DNA of 64,000 nucleotides from Zancudomyces culisetae HAW-14-8 (GCA_052426225.1 JBNJNM010000006.1:1488001-1552000), one strand, 5' to 3'. Numbered from the stretch's first letter, positions 24,735 through 36,992 are shown. Numbers and translations: made by a program. Notes: a model not told the origin generated them from the sequence alone.

Positions 24735-27287
24735 ATGAATCAAAATAGCACAAATTTAAGAGACGTAGGGGGTGGGGGCACTGTAAATAGCAACATACTA
24801 AACAGGCCAACGCCAACATCATCGATATATCAAAAATCCCTAGAACTGCTGGACAAATTGGCATTTGTTCCTGGCATGGAGCAATTCTATGAGCCACTGC
24901 TCAACCAAAAATTCGACAATAGCGAACAACTATATAGAGATCCAATGCAGTTTCTGTGGTCGATTTTCCAAAAGGGAATCTCATTATGTATTTTGTATAA
25001 CGCATTGGAGCCACTGGAAAAATTGGAAGTCGAGGATATAGAACAAGGCGGGATAAATACTAGAAAAAAGGCAGTATACTCTTTTATGAAGGCAGTTAGA
25101 AATCGACAAATTGGAAACGAGCAAGATTACTTTACGATTACAGAATTATTCAGAGACGACACAAATTCATTTTTAAAGGCAAGTTTCTAGAAATAATCTA
25201 GAAAGTAAAAAATAAAATAAATGTAACTAATGAAATGGGGTGAAAAAAATACAAAATAGGTATTGAGAACAGTAAGTAGTGTACTAGAAGTTTTGGAGGA
25301 GGAAAACCGGCTGGTTCGAAGTCTGATCACACCGCCTCCATCCTCGTATTTTACAGAAACAAATTTAAAGGATCCAACAGACAATGCCGAACGTTCAGTG
25401 CGGGAGTTTTTAGACACAGAAAGAAAATATGTACAAGATTTGGAGATACTACAGGTAAAGCGTTATTTTTTTTTTTACCAAGTATAGAATTAAAAAAATA
25501 CAGTTTGTAAATATTGACAAGAGATGAGAAAAATTAAACGAGAGATTGGCTGTGGAATATAAAAATAGGAATATATGCAAGAACTTTTATCGAAAAATAT
25601 ATTATCGCCTACAACGGTGCGGCAAATCTTTGTAAATCTGAACCAGATGGTAGATTTTCAACGGCGATTTCTGATAGGCGTAGAGGCAACAGCACCACAA
25701 CCAACAAGCGAGCGGAGATTTGGGGCATTGTTTGAGAGTATGGAGGAAGGATTTTCAGTATACGAGCCGTTTATTGTAAACTACGAGCGGGCAGCCAAGA
25801 TAATAGTGTCGAACGAACATATGCTTGGACAGCTAAGTCATCTTATAGAGCCACACTACGAACTACCATCAATGTTAATCAAGCCGGTGCAGCGAATATG
25901 CAAGTACCCAATCTTAGTGCGCGAGATGCTAAAGTTTTGCAAGGAGTCGGAGGATTCTGCCACCAAACGCGATTTAGAGTTATGTCTGGAGGTTTCGTCG
26001 CGGATAGCCACCCGAGTCAACAGCGCTCAAACACGCGAGGCTAATTTGGTGATAGTAAAGAATCTGCAAGAACGGATTCTGGATTGGAAAGGATACAGTA
26101 TTTCTACTTTTGGCGAGCTGCAGCTGCACGATCAGTTTTTGATGTCGACCAGCGACTCGGCTCGCGAACTACAGCTGTACTTATTTGATCAAATTCTCAT
26201 TTGCTGCAAAGAAGTGACCGATTCCAACAAGCGCAAATCCACAAGGCAGAGCAACGGAAATATTTTGGCTGCTCAATCCCCCTCCAGCACCTCCAACCTG
26301 GGCTTGACTCCGCTCCAGCTCAAGGGCCGCATCTTTCTATACTCTATTAGTCGTGTTATTAATTCTAGTCGTAACAACAATCTATCGCTTACTGTCTTTT
26401 GGCGTGACGTGTTTATGGAAAATTTCAGCTTGAAATGTAGATCTGAAGAGCAACTCAACATTTGGAAAACTACTATGGAACGTTTGATTGATCGCTCCAA
26501 AGCTGCTCAAACTACTGAAAAACAGGTTCCTGAAGCTGATCTACCTCCTCTTCCCGATGTAGACAGCAGTCAGGTGGACCGCTATACCTCTGACGACGAT
26601 CTCATCAGGTCACGTGATTTCCCAGATACTCGCAAAACCTACGACGGCTCTTCCTCCGGCCTGATTTCCACCCACAAAGAGACTCGTTCGTTCAGCACTG
26701 TTTCCAAGTATTCTGCTGCTGGCAGCAATGTCTCTGGTACCGACTCAATGCAGTTTACCATGCCTTACAACACCCCACCTGTGCCTCCTATGCCTTCGGC
26801 ACTTTCGCAGCGTTACACTGCTCCCGAGCTGGCGACGTTCAAGACATCGCAGGGCGTGCGGCCGTTTAAGGTCAAAATTCACTACAACGAAGATATGTAT
26901 ATTCTGATTGTTAAAACTACCATTTCATATTCCGAACTTTTAAAGAAAATCGAACACAAAGTTCGACTGTGTTCTGATTTCCAAGCCCTAGAAGATCACA
27001 CAAAGAGCTCTCATCAATCGAATGGCACTACTCCCAACTCTGGCCCTGACTCTCCTACCCTTTCTCTCAAGATTCGCTATATGGATGAGGATGGCGACCT
27101 GGTTCTTGTTGCCAGTGACGATGATGTCATGATGGCCTTTGAAAGTGCTTCTCTCGGTTCGGTTCTGCAATCTACCCCCGATAAACTGCGTTCAGCCTCT
27201 CTTATGACCACAAACTCGGTCATTAGCACTACTTCTACAAACAGTACCAGTACTATTCCTACTTTGAATTTGTATGTTAGCCTTTGA
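24735..27287 (+). CDS. CDC24: Cdc24/Scd1 Rho GEF (CH-DH-PH-PB1); exons 24735-25178, 25260-25454, 25569-27287
   Basis: CH-like LCILYNAL; DH motifs EFLDTERKYVQDLE and LIKPVQRICKYP; PH LYLFDQILICCKE; PB1 KIRYMDEDGDLV. Intron 1 uses a GC donor. Confidence 0.93.
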
Positions 27288-27646
27288 AATTCTTTCCTGT
27301 CTAATTTCTTTTTTCCCTTTTCAATTGTTTATTACATTATTGTTTATATTGTTTTATTTTATTTTTTGTTGTGTTTACCTTTATTTATTTAGTGGTGTAA
27401 ATTATTTTTTAGTCTATTACAAACTTGATGATAAATCTATTTTATACTATATTTGCCATAACTTTTCTTGTAACACTTTTCTCTAATAACTCCAATTGTC
27501 CCCACCTATAAATCTCACACTTTCCAGAATTAATAAATAGTCTGAATTACACATTTACTCTACTGTTAACTACATTATTGCTTTTAAACTTACCCTAGAC
27601 TTACTTGGGCTTGTAAACAATTAGCCACGCGAATATTAAATCCAAG

Positions 27647-28724
27647 ATGACTATAAAAGGTGTAGTTATACTAAATGCACAGGTAAGTTTGCAAACTCGA
27701 AATTCCTTTATATAATCGCTTTATCTTCATTTTCATTTACTAGTAATCCCTGTTACACGAATAAAACTATACTCCTCCTTTAGGATTATCCAATATACAC
27801 CCGAGTATTCGATTCCGAAACGCACTATAATACGGCCGCAACCCTCCAACACGAACATAAAGATTTACCCCAACCACCTCATGGTGATGTTGGTGTTGAT
27901 GATAACTCCAAGTATTCCCAGGACCACGAGGCTGCGACACGGCGGTACCAGTACATGGCCTATACATGCAGCGATCTTATTACAGAAAAGAGTAAGCCCA
28001 CCCTTTTCTTTTATATTTGTGCTACAACATCCATTGTGATTTCTGGATTGAACTGTATACTCACATTTCTATTAAAACCGCTACTACTGCTATGAAAACT
28101 CAATAACTATAACCATAACAACAATCGTAATAATACTTTTCGTATCATGGAATTAGCAAGTGCTATAAACATCCAAAATATTGATCAATTCCTCGGACTA
28201 CTGCAATCCATTGGTGCTCTGTCAATGCAAGTTTCTCCTTTTTCTCTTTTACTTCTTACTTTGGCGTTATCAACTGAAACTATAAGTTTTATCACGAATG
28301 CTACCACATTATCACATACTCTACAGATTAAATGTCAACTCTTTTTTCATTAATGCTATCTATAGATATGGCTACTTGACAAATACTAAAATCAAACTCC
28401 TGTTGTTTGTGCTCGAATCTTCTCCCATTAACAGCAAAGACATTAAACAAGTAAACCTTCTACTTTTTATACACCTTTTATTTTCTTTCTTGTAAGCAAA
28501 AAAAAAAAACAAATATATAATAGAAAAGAATTCTTGTAAATACTAAATAGATACTAAGAAATATTCATTTGGAATATATTTCGCTGGTCTGTAATCCATT
28601 CTATAACACCTCAAACATTCCCTCAAAGGGAACCAATTATGCCATCTCCACCATTATCAACAACAACAACCACAAATCTTTTAACTCAAAAATCGATAAG
28701 ATTATCAAATCAGCAAAGTACTAA
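27647..28724 (+). CDS. TRAPPC2L: TRAPP subunit TRAPPC2L/Tca17 (sedlin/longin fold); exons 27647-27682, 27784-27991, 28157-28226, 28366-28450, 28551-28724
   Basis: Manual splicing gives MTIKGVVILNAQDYPIY...YQYMAYTCSDLITEK...QFLGLLQSIGALSIYGYLTNTKIKLLL...HLEYISLVCNPFY, matching TRAPPC2L motifs (YLGLL, YGYVTNSKVK, CNPFY). All phases are consistent. Confidence 0.85.
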
Positions 28725-28752
28725 ACCGTCGTAAATATCACTTCACCTGCTC

Positions 28753-31482
28753 CTAGAGAACATTTCCAGCAGCCTCTAGATGGTTTAAATATGTGATAAA
28801 CTGTTTCTTAGACACTATACCCACGTATCTACCTTGCCTCTCAACACATAGATATGAAATACCTAGTCGACAAAACAGTTGACATGCGATTTCAACAGGT
28901 GTGCAGTCCTTGACTGTTATCGGTGTTTTGTTGATCAGATATGACAAGTCGTGTATATTCATTTTAATACCTATACTTTTGTTTGGACTTTTCTTGTCAG
29001 TATCAGTATCATTACCATTACCATTACCATTATCTTTATCATCTCCACCCCAAATTCCCTTTCCCTTTCCATTCCCCTTTCCATTCTCATTACTTTTGCC
29101 TTTACTACGCTTTTCATTTTTATTATTACCTTTGCATCTAAAGCTGGTTGACAGAATATTAGTATCAAAATTGCATACTGCAGATTGTGGATTTGAAACC
29201 TCTGTCGAAAGATCAGCTATCGCGATTTTGAGTTCCTCGCACGAAACCGAACCCAACAATTCGTTGCTACTATTGACCAGCGCAAGCCCGCCATCAAAAT
29301 ATCCCAACATGTCTACCGAATACAACAAATTTGCCAGCGATGCAACTGTGTTGAGCTGGTCAACACATATACATGGCAAATTGGCTGTTACCAGCTGGTC
29401 CGCCGTATCCTTTGTAAATGCGTATCGGTTGCGTGCATTGATAAATGGGTACCCATTCAGCTCCATAGTTTTTTCGTAAATGCTCTGCGCATCCAGCGTT
29501 TCCGCCACAAATTTCGATGTCATAATTGCAACCATCACTGGAAGTGTATATGTTAGGGATTCCGTCAGCTCAAACAAAATTACTGCTACCGATATCGTGC
29601 CGCGTGTTACTCCTGTCAACGCCGCACCTGCACCCACCAACGCGTATACTCCTGGTGTTACACAGTATCCCGATGAATCTCCGCACTGCGGCAACACTGA
29701 CCACCCCAGCTCGTTTGCTGCATACTCTACAAACGTTCCAATCAACCGCCCAAATAGTGCCCCAATCGACATTGACGGCAACACTAGCCCCGATGGCACC
29801 TTGATCCCAAACGTCACCATTGCCAGAATACCACGCACTATCAACGCAAATATTAGGTTTAGCACCACGCGGTTCATCGGATGGTCTGCTCCCACACAAA
29901 ATACAGACTGCGCCACCTCTCCCGTGCCATCGTCGTCACACTGGCTGAAAAGTTCACCAACCATCTGACCCAGACTCAGTTTTGTTGCTGGATTATGATA
30001 ACATACAGCGAGCGTTAGAACCGTTATTGCTACTACTTCTATGCTCGCGTACTTCTTCAACACACCTAGTCTTCTCCGCAACTTATTGATTCTGACATTC
30101 ACAAATATATATGTTGCACCAAACAGCCCCCCAAATATCCCAATCAGCACAAAAAACGGAAGTTCTACCCACGAGTAGTTGTGGTTGTAAAATACCTGAA
30201 ACATCACAATCTTCCCTGTTCGGAATGGATCGTAAAATCTTAGCACTAATGCCGCCACAAGCGCACAGAAGTAACTTAACAGCAGGGTTGCATGATTGAA
30301 AAAGTAGCTGACCTCCTCCAAGCTGAACAGTACACCACCAATTGGCGCCCCAAACGCTACGGATACTCCCGCTGCTGAAGCGGCAGAAATTACCGCTCGT
30401 TTGCCAGATTCATTATAGTCGTATTTTTTTCGGTTCAACCGTGTGCAGATATTTCCGATACACGATGCGATATGTACCATCGGACCTTCTCTTCCCGCCA
30501 TTATCCCTGAAGCCACGGAAAAAATTAGACCTGTCGATTTAACCAATAACACTCTGAGCCCCAAAAACTCGTGGATCACAAAGCCACTTAAAATACTCTT
30601 GACCTCGGGAATTCCCGACCCGACCCCATAGTATACCTTTTCAGTTTGTTCGTCACGACTGTATCTCAGTCCAACTCTCTGCTCACTGTCTTCGTTGGCA
30701 GTTGTGGTCGGTGACGACGGTTTTCTACGCTCTGATGCATTACGGAGAACTATTTGTGCCGCTATCCAACCAAGAACTGCCCCAATTACAACAAACATTA
30801 AAAACCCACCATAGTATCCAAAGCCATAGGGCTCTAGCACACTTTCCCAGCTCCTCCATTCAACCTGCCGTGTATTACCATTATCTTTGGCATAATCGTT
30901 TTTAAAAAAGGTGTTAAAGAAGCTGTGTGCATTTTTGTGGATGAGCTTACGTTCACATTGCTCCTTGCCCAAAAATATGTCGCCACTACAGTAGCCTACT
31001 TTGAGACTCGAGAGATATTCAGTAGTTTGTGAAATCACTCCAGCAAATATCCCACACCCTACCCCTACTATTGCCGCCAAACCCCAATCCTCAATCTTGT
31101 CCCAACTCTTTTTATATGAACTATCGTTTATCACCAGCGCTTTCAGTCGGTCCTGTTCCTTTTTGGCATCCTCCAACCAATCAATTGTGGTATATGATTC
31201 GTACCATATGCGCTCCCCTGTTTGCTTGTCACGTGTGTTTCGGGTATGCATAGAAACAGGGACAGCCTCCGCTGATTTTTGACCGCGGCTATGCCCTACG
31301 CTATGCGAAAGCGAGGTTGCTCTTTGATATTTTACTCCACTATTCCTGTCACGGTCCCTGGCTCTCTGGTTATCATTGGTATTGGAATTTGTATCTTCTA
31401 TACTGTAATTGCTTTTTTTGTTTTTATTCAAGGGTAATAGCGAACCGTAGCTGGAAAAATGTGTGTTTTTTAGGCGGTTCAT
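28753..31482 (-). CDS. CLC family Cl-/H+ exchanger (Gef1/ClC-3-like) with C-terminal CBS domains
   Basis: GSGIPE, GREGP (gating Glu), GVLFSLEEVS (proton Glu), YTTIDW N-terminal motif. Confidence 0.93.
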   Translation of the reverse strand: MNRLKNTHFSSYGSLLPLNKNKKSNYSIEDTNSNTNDNQRARDRDRNSGVKYQRATSLSHSVGHSRGQKSAEAVPVSMHTRNTRDKQTGERIWYESYTTIDWLEDAKKEQDRLKALVINDSSYKKSWDKIEDWGLAAIVGVGCGIFAGVISQTTEYLSSLKVGYCSGDIFLGKEQCERKLIHKNAHSFFNTFFKNDYAKDNGNTRQVEWRSWESVLEPYGFGYYGGFLMFVVIGAVLGWIAAQIVLRNASERRKPSSPTTTANEDSEQRVGLRYSRDEQTEKVYYGVGSGIPEVKSILSGFVIHEFLGLRVLLVKSTGLIFSVASGIMAGREGPMVHIASCIGNICTRLNRKKYDYNESGKRAVISAASAAGVSVAFGAPIGGVLFSLEEVSYFFNHATLLLSYFCALVAALVLRFYDPFRTGKIVMFQVFYNHNYSWVELPFFVLIGIFGGLFGATYIFVNVRINKLRRRLGVLKKYASIEVVAITVLTLAVCYHNPATKLSLGQMVGELFSQCDDDGTGEVAQSVFCVGADHPMNRVVLNLIFALIVRGILAMVTFGIKVPSGLVLPSMSIGALFGRLIGTFVEYAANELGWSVLPQCGDSSGYCVTPGVYALVGAGAALTGVTRGTISVAVILFELTESLTYTLPVMVAIMTSKFVAETLDAQSIYEKTMELNGYPFINARNRYAFTKDTADQLVTANLPCICVDQLNTVASLANLLYSVDMLGYFDGGLALVNSSNELLGSVSCEELKIAIADLSTEVSNPQSAVCNFDTNILSTSFRCKGNNKNEKRSKGKSNENGKGNGKGKGIWGGDDKDNGNGNGNDTDTDKKSPNKSIGIKMNIHDLSYLINKTPITVKDCTPVEIACQLFCRLGISYLCVERQGRYVGIVSKKQFITYLNHLEAAGNVL

Positions 31483-32760
31483 TTTTACTGCTGCATTCTA
31501 TTCTAATTGCAATAACATTTGGCTGTGTATCTGTTGTTTTTTGATATGGTGGTTTATATTACACTAGATTTCGACTTTGCTGTTTATATATTTGCTTTCT
31601 AAACACCGTTTACACAATCAAACATCTAGCTTTATTCCCGTTAAATTAAGGCCCAATCCGGACTCAGGCCTTTTGTATTCTTTTTGTAAAAAAAATAATA
31701 ATAAAAGGAAATGGTGATTTAGCACAGGTTACAATTTGGCGAGAAACGTGGATTTAGGATTGTTAAATAACATTGCTTGTTACATGTTGTCACCATTATT
31801 TTCTTTTACTAAAACTCCTTTCAAGCCAAAATGCAAGCAAACAATTGTAAAGCAGGTGCCGAGCCCCCCCCCCCCCCCTCTCACATCATTTTTATCCCTC
31901 ATACCACCCACACCACTCCATTTAACCTGAGACCCCAGACCTCAGACCACATAGTTTATATCCCCTTCTTTTTATTTTGTGTAATCCTGTTTGTAAGTCA
32001 TGGCCATATCAGTTATAGTCAATCTGAGACTGAAATTTGTTTCACTACATTATCTATTTATGATATCGTGTAATTCTGTTCAGGATTTACTTATCTTCTA
32101 TCCAGCACCATCCCCAACATGCGGCGTTGGTCTTGGGTCGCTACCAAAACGTGGGAACGTAGGGGTGAAGAACTAGAAAAGTCCGTGGTAATAATTTTGG
32201 TTCCGTCTGTCTTCATCACATTTTTTCTTTTTTCTCTATTCTCATAACAACAATTGTAAATTCTCAAGGGAAATTGATAAACCAAAAAAAAAACAGGACA
32301 CTTCAACTAACCACAACTTTTATTCACCATCAGAAGTATGATGGTTTCATCCAGATTCGCACTTTGACTAAAATATATTGCGAACCAAAACATCCCTGCA
32401 TACAGATTTGTATTCAATAGCAAACCTTTAGGTTAGAAATGCAAGACTACTCCACCCATCCACCATATAATAAAATGTTGAATTAGATACTTTAGCAATT
32501 AGTATGTATCTCAAACCAACGTACTCACAATGATTTACTCATAATAGCCCCACTTAACAAAGTGTAATCAAAGTAGACAGTGATAATTGAATAACTTTGA
32601 GTAAACACGCCTTCACTTGCAACCCTCCGCAGCATACTCCAAATTGTACGCTGTATTATATTAGTTTCCGGGCAGAAAACTAATGATTCCACACACAACG
32701 CGTTTAACCAATCAAATTATATATAAAATATATTTTTGCTATTTTTGAGGGAGATGCCTG

Positions 32761-34938
32761 TTAGTAGTCAGGTAAGAAAAGCATATTCGAATACGCACTA
32801 GGTTGCCACAGTACAATATTACCATCGGCCCCTGCGGTACACCCTTGCACCTTGTAACAATGCGTACTGACTGCGTACACACGGTCACTATGCCCCTCTC
32901 CCAACCGCTGCGACATGACTGTATTGCTGCTCTGTGAATCCGTTAAATAGTAGTATCTGCTGTTGGTCGTTTGGCTGTAAGCACCACCACTGCTGTTATT
33001 AACGTTGATTCCGCTATTGAGATTGCCAGAAATGGCATCACTACCACTACCGTCCCCATTAATATTGCTGAAAGCGCTCGGCTTGGCGCTTTGGTTTGTT
33101 TGTGTTGATGTAGGTGTGGAGGAGTCAGAAGAAAGAGAGTGGGATGATTGTGTGTTTCCACTAACACCTTTGTTTTCACCACCATCCTCAGCTGTTATCC
33201 CTTTAGCCCCTAACGTTCTGATTCTATAGACATACGCAACGGGCTCGGCGGATCCAGAAAGTAATAATAGTGAACTCGACAAATCCTTTTCAATGGTTTT
33301 GCTCGCTCGGTCGTCATATCGATCGACATCGTGCGATACCATCACATTACGTGCTATTGATTGAACGGCAATGTTGCTGAAAAACGCGCTCTTGATGGGC
33401 CAGTTGCTCGTTTGTACTCCACGGATTTGCTCGAGTAGTCGTGGCTTAGGTACACTCTGGCCGAGCGAAGAATAAGAATAATAATCCGTCAGTCGGTCGT
33501 AGATTCGCAATACATTATCGTAGCAGTTGACGCTAATATAAGCTGTATTTTCCTGCTGAATAAACGCCAGGTGGCTTATTGCACACCCTACCGAAACCAG
33601 CGTACTCATCACGCCGCTCCTTCCCGCTGGTTTGCGCAAGTCAAGTAATGACACGTGACCACCCAAATCAGATGACAACATTTGATGTGCGTTTCCAAGT
33701 CGTTGCAATGCTGTTACGCCACCACCGCTACATCGCCCTAGCTCCATCACACTTGTGGTTCCTGCCCTTCCATCAAACAAGTCAATACTGCCATTGCTTT
33801 GGCCACATACAAGCCCCCCATCCATGTATGCCAGTGATTGTACTAGCGTCTCCGCCCGCATAGTAACCATTGGCTGAGCCTTGCTTACATCCCACTCAAA
33901 AATCTGACGATCAAATCCCCCGCTCGCCACTACCTCGCTACTATCGTGCTTCCACCGCACTACACTAACCGCCTGTTTGTGGCCCTCCATACATTCAACC
34001 TGTTTTAGGTCATTGACATCCCAAATCCGCACTGTTCGATCAAATGAACCCGACGCTATCCACTCTTCTTGTTGACTACCTGTATATTCTACTGTGTATA
34101 TCGCTCCTGTGTGTCCTGTGAGCTCCCCCGCAGTCACAAACTGCTTACCTCTTTTCTCCGAACCCTTCTCAATACTTACATTTGCACTTCCATTACCATT
34201 GTTACCCACACTATTACTTTCTCTACCCACACTGCCCTTTTCTCGCCCCATATCTTCCTCTAGTTTCACTGTGTCATTTACTCCCATTACCTCACTTGCT
34301 CTCTCTCTTCCGCTATGCTTTCGCGCCCCTTTTTCTGGTGCCTTTTTTCTTTCATTTTGATTCGCCACTTCGCTAAGCCTTGTATCCGTATTCGCTTCTT
34401 CAGAAAAATTACTGCTTATCTGCTCTAGTTTGGTCGTATTCTCACTGCTACCAAATCTTTGGTCCTTTTTGAGCTGCTGATTAGTTTGCACAGTATTACC
34501 CTCCTCATTTGGTACCAAGGACCTGTTGACGGCAGAACTATCATTCAGGTTTCCCACCATCGTGTGACTATTACTATTCCTCCTGTTACTGCTACTACCA
34601 CTGTTGTACTCGTTGTCATTGGTACTGGTGCCATTGTTAATACTACCATTGTTGATATTGCTACTGTCATCTTTGCCATCGCCATTGATATTTTTGGCTG
34701 TATATTTTTCATTTCGCATATTTCTATCATATAGCGATACAGACATTGCGTTTTCTCTATTACTAGAGCTTCGTGAATAACGCATCGTCATTTCATAGTT
34801 CCGAAGTTTCAACAGGCGATTTTCTCTCTCTAATTCATCAAGACGGCTCTTTAGACTGCCGATTTCTCTCCGCAGCTTTTCGATCTCTTCCTGGTCCAAA
34901 TCTGCTCGTGAGTCAAATCTCTCCAACGAGTCTTCCAT
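32761..34938 (-). CDS. Coiled-coil plus WD40 repeat protein
   Basis: N-terminal heptads; WD repeats GHTGAIY...SGSFDRTVRIWD, GHKQAV...GGFDRQIFEWD, GHSDRVY...GADGNIVLW. Confidence 0.85.
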   Translation of the reverse strand: MEDSLERFDSRADLDQEEIEKLRREIGSLKSRLDELERENRLLKLRNYEMTMRYSRSSSNRENAMSVSLYDRNMRNEKYTAKNINGDGKDDSSNINNGSINNGTSTNDNEYNSGSSSNRRNSNSHTMVGNLNDSSAVNRSLVPNEEGNTVQTNQQLKKDQRFGSSENTTKLEQISSNFSEEANTDTRLSEVANQNERKKAPEKGARKHSGRERASEVMGVNDTVKLEEDMGREKGSVGRESNSVGNNGNGSANVSIEKGSEKRGKQFVTAGELTGHTGAIYTVEYTGSQQEEWIASGSFDRTVRIWDVNDLKQVECMEGHKQAVSVVRWKHDSSEVVASGGFDRQIFEWDVSKAQPMVTMRAETLVQSLAYMDGGLVCGQSNGSIDLFDGRAGTTSVMELGRCSGGGVTALQRLGNAHQMLSSDLGGHVSLLDLRKPAGRSGVMSTLVSVGCAISHLAFIQQENTAYISVNCYDNVLRIYDRLTDYYSYSSLGQSVPKPRLLEQIRGVQTSNWPIKSAFFSNIAVQSIARNVMVSHDVDRYDDRASKTIEKDLSSSLLLLSGSAEPVAYVYRIRTLGAKGITAEDGGENKGVSGNTQSSHSLSSDSSTPTSTQTNQSAKPSAFSNINGDGSGSDAISGNLNSGINVNNSSGGAYSQTTNSRYYYLTDSQSSNTVMSQRLGEGHSDRVYAVSTHCYKVQGCTAGADGNIVLWQPSAYSNMLFLPDY

Positions 34939-35363
34939 TTTAGCACTGTTTATTTCTTGCCTTTTGTTTGCTTGCGTTGATTGAATTCAGTTTTATTGGT
35001 GTAATCTCGCACTTTTAATAACCAGCTCAAGCTTCTATACTTTATCCCTAATTATCTAGTAAAAAAATAAAGGATACTAAACCCTACTGGTAAATGGAAC
35101 GAATAAACTTATTTCGTAAATTAGAAATCGCACAAGAAAAAAAAAATCGTGCATAGCCACTCCAATGAAAGAGTGGAAAATCTCTTCAATTCCATCTACA
35201 CAGTACGGGGACGAATTTTCTGCGAATTTTGTCCCTTCTCCCTACCATTTCGCTAGCTGAAACGCGGTGGTGAACAAAATCAACAGCGACATGGTGTTAT
35301 TAGAAGCACCAAGGGTTTAAATAAAGCAAACAAAATGCAAAATTATGGGTATACATATCTCTG

Positions 35364-36992
35364 CTATTTACAGTGGGACAGTTTTTGCAATGCATATGTA
35401 GATCTATGAATAAAGCCATCGACTAAATTAGAGGAATTATTGTCATCATTCGGCAACGGGCTCAGAATTATAGATGAGTGTAATTGTTCGAAAAATTGAA
35501 AACCCAAAACCAAATGGTCGTGATAGCATGGTTGCAACACAGCACCACTGACTTCACCGTCTTTGTCTCTTTGAATAACACTAGTTTTTTCTACCTTTTG
35601 CTGGTTCTGATTATCCTTAAACTTTTTTATAATATTTTGGACACCTGGGAACAAGCATTTGTATGATACCGGATCCCCCCTTATCACCTCCAACCTATTG
35701 TCTACAAGATAGCAAATATAGTCAATATACAATCCCGCTGCTGCCATACTCCACTTTTGGATATCCAAAACAGCCTCTGTCTTTGCTCTGAATTCCTTGT
35801 TCATCTGGGCAAACAACGTTTTTAAATGCCCCAAAACAAGTTTTACCATTTCTTGCATTACTGACACTTTTGCATACGAATCCTGATGACTTTGGTTTTG
35901 GTCTTTTTCGATTGCAATTTTCTGTATTGTTTCATTAAGCATTGTAACAACGACCACTGCTATGACAAACTCATCGTATCTGCCGTATTTCGTACCATTA
36001 CCAACATTGTCGCGTCTATCACTCTCACACATAGAGTGGGCATTTTCAAACATTTTTTTAATGTCCTTTCCCTGTTCTATTGGCAGTTCGTTATTAACCA
36101 GCAAATAACCAAAACAACTTGCCAGAAAAATATGTTGCATTCGCATCTTGCATGTATTGACAGAAACAGTATTTACGTAGTTCTTGGCCATAATCGACAA
36201 GTTTTTATCCGCGTTTTCCCTTTTTTCTTGCATACAAACACCAAAACAATTCCAGTAAATTGCCATTTCATTATCGCGTTCGTATGTACTAACAATAGCC
36301 AACTGACTGTATCCACGCCCATTATATCTGTAACTCTTGATCGCGTTAATGTACATTTGTTTTGCTATAGCCCACAAATCCTCGCCTTTTGGCTGATTTA
36401 AAGCCAAATACCTCACTCTGTATCTCTCCAAATCCCCCAAAAAGATATAACAAATACTAAGAAGTTTTACTAGACCCAAAATAGCATCATTTCCTTCACT
36501 ACCTTTGAGCAAATACAAATTCGGCTCGTAGTATTTTCTACCCTCTATTCTCGTGTCTATATTTCTAATCATTCTATTAAAGAATCCTACTCCTAAATTA
36601 ATCTGTCTCTCGAGTAACAGCTCCTCTTCGATTCTCCTTTTCTCCATACTCTTTTTCTGATTTTTTTGCTCCTCCGGTTTCAAGTATTTTTCATTCTCAG
36701 GGCCCAATTTAAGTTTACGATAAAGTTCTATCCCTTCATATACCCCTGCATACCAAAATCGCCCAGTAAATTCACCCACATCATGCCTTTCTGGCCATCC
36801 CAATACAATTTCCTCAAAAATCTCCTGTAGCTTTACTTTTTCCTCCAGGTATCGTTGTACCACATCTTGTTTAAACCTACTTGGTTTCTGCGTACCTTGT
36901 GCTTTGGCTTCGATTAATTTGGCCTCCAATTCTTTGAGAGTTTTCTCACTTACTTCATATTTCTTTACCTTTTCCTCAAACCCTCTCACCAT
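35364..36992 (-). CDS. Est1/Ebs1/SMG6-7-like TPR (14-3-3-like) domain protein; 3' end may include another small exon
   Basis: CYIFLGDLERYR...AKQMYINAI...NGRGYSQLAIV matches the Est1 DNA/RNA-binding domain signature. Confidence 0.75.
   Translation of the reverse strand: MVRGFEEKVKKYEVSEKTLKELEAKLIEAKAQGTQKPSRFKQDVVQRYLEEKVKLQEIFEEIVLGWPERHDVGEFTGRFWYAGVYEGIELYRKLKLGPENEKYLKPEEQKNQKKSMEKRRIEEELLLERQINLGVGFFNRMIRNIDTRIEGRKYYEPNLYLLKGSEGNDAILGLVKLLSICYIFLGDLERYRVRYLALNQPKGEDLWAIAKQMYINAIKSYRYNGRGYSQLAIVSTYERDNEMAIYWNCFGVCMQEKRENADKNLSIMAKNYVNTVSVNTCKMRMQHIFLASCFGYLLVNNELPIEQGKDIKKMFENAHSMCESDRRDNVGNGTKYGRYDEFVIAVVVVTMLNETIQKIAIEKDQNQSHQDSYAKVSVMQEMVKLVLGHLKTLFAQMNKEFRAKTEAVLDIQKWSMAAAGLYIDYICYLVDNRLEVIRGDPVSYKCLFPGVQNIIKKFKDNQNQQKVEKTSVIQRDKDGEVSGAVLQPCYHDHLVLGFQFFEQLHSSIILSPLPNDDNNSSNLVDGFIHRSTYALQKLSHCK

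Noticed and set aside
32300-32640. Possible small spliced gene on the - strand between WD40 and CLC
   Set aside because: Splice-like signals are present, but the joins I tried hit early stops and gave no recognisable protein.
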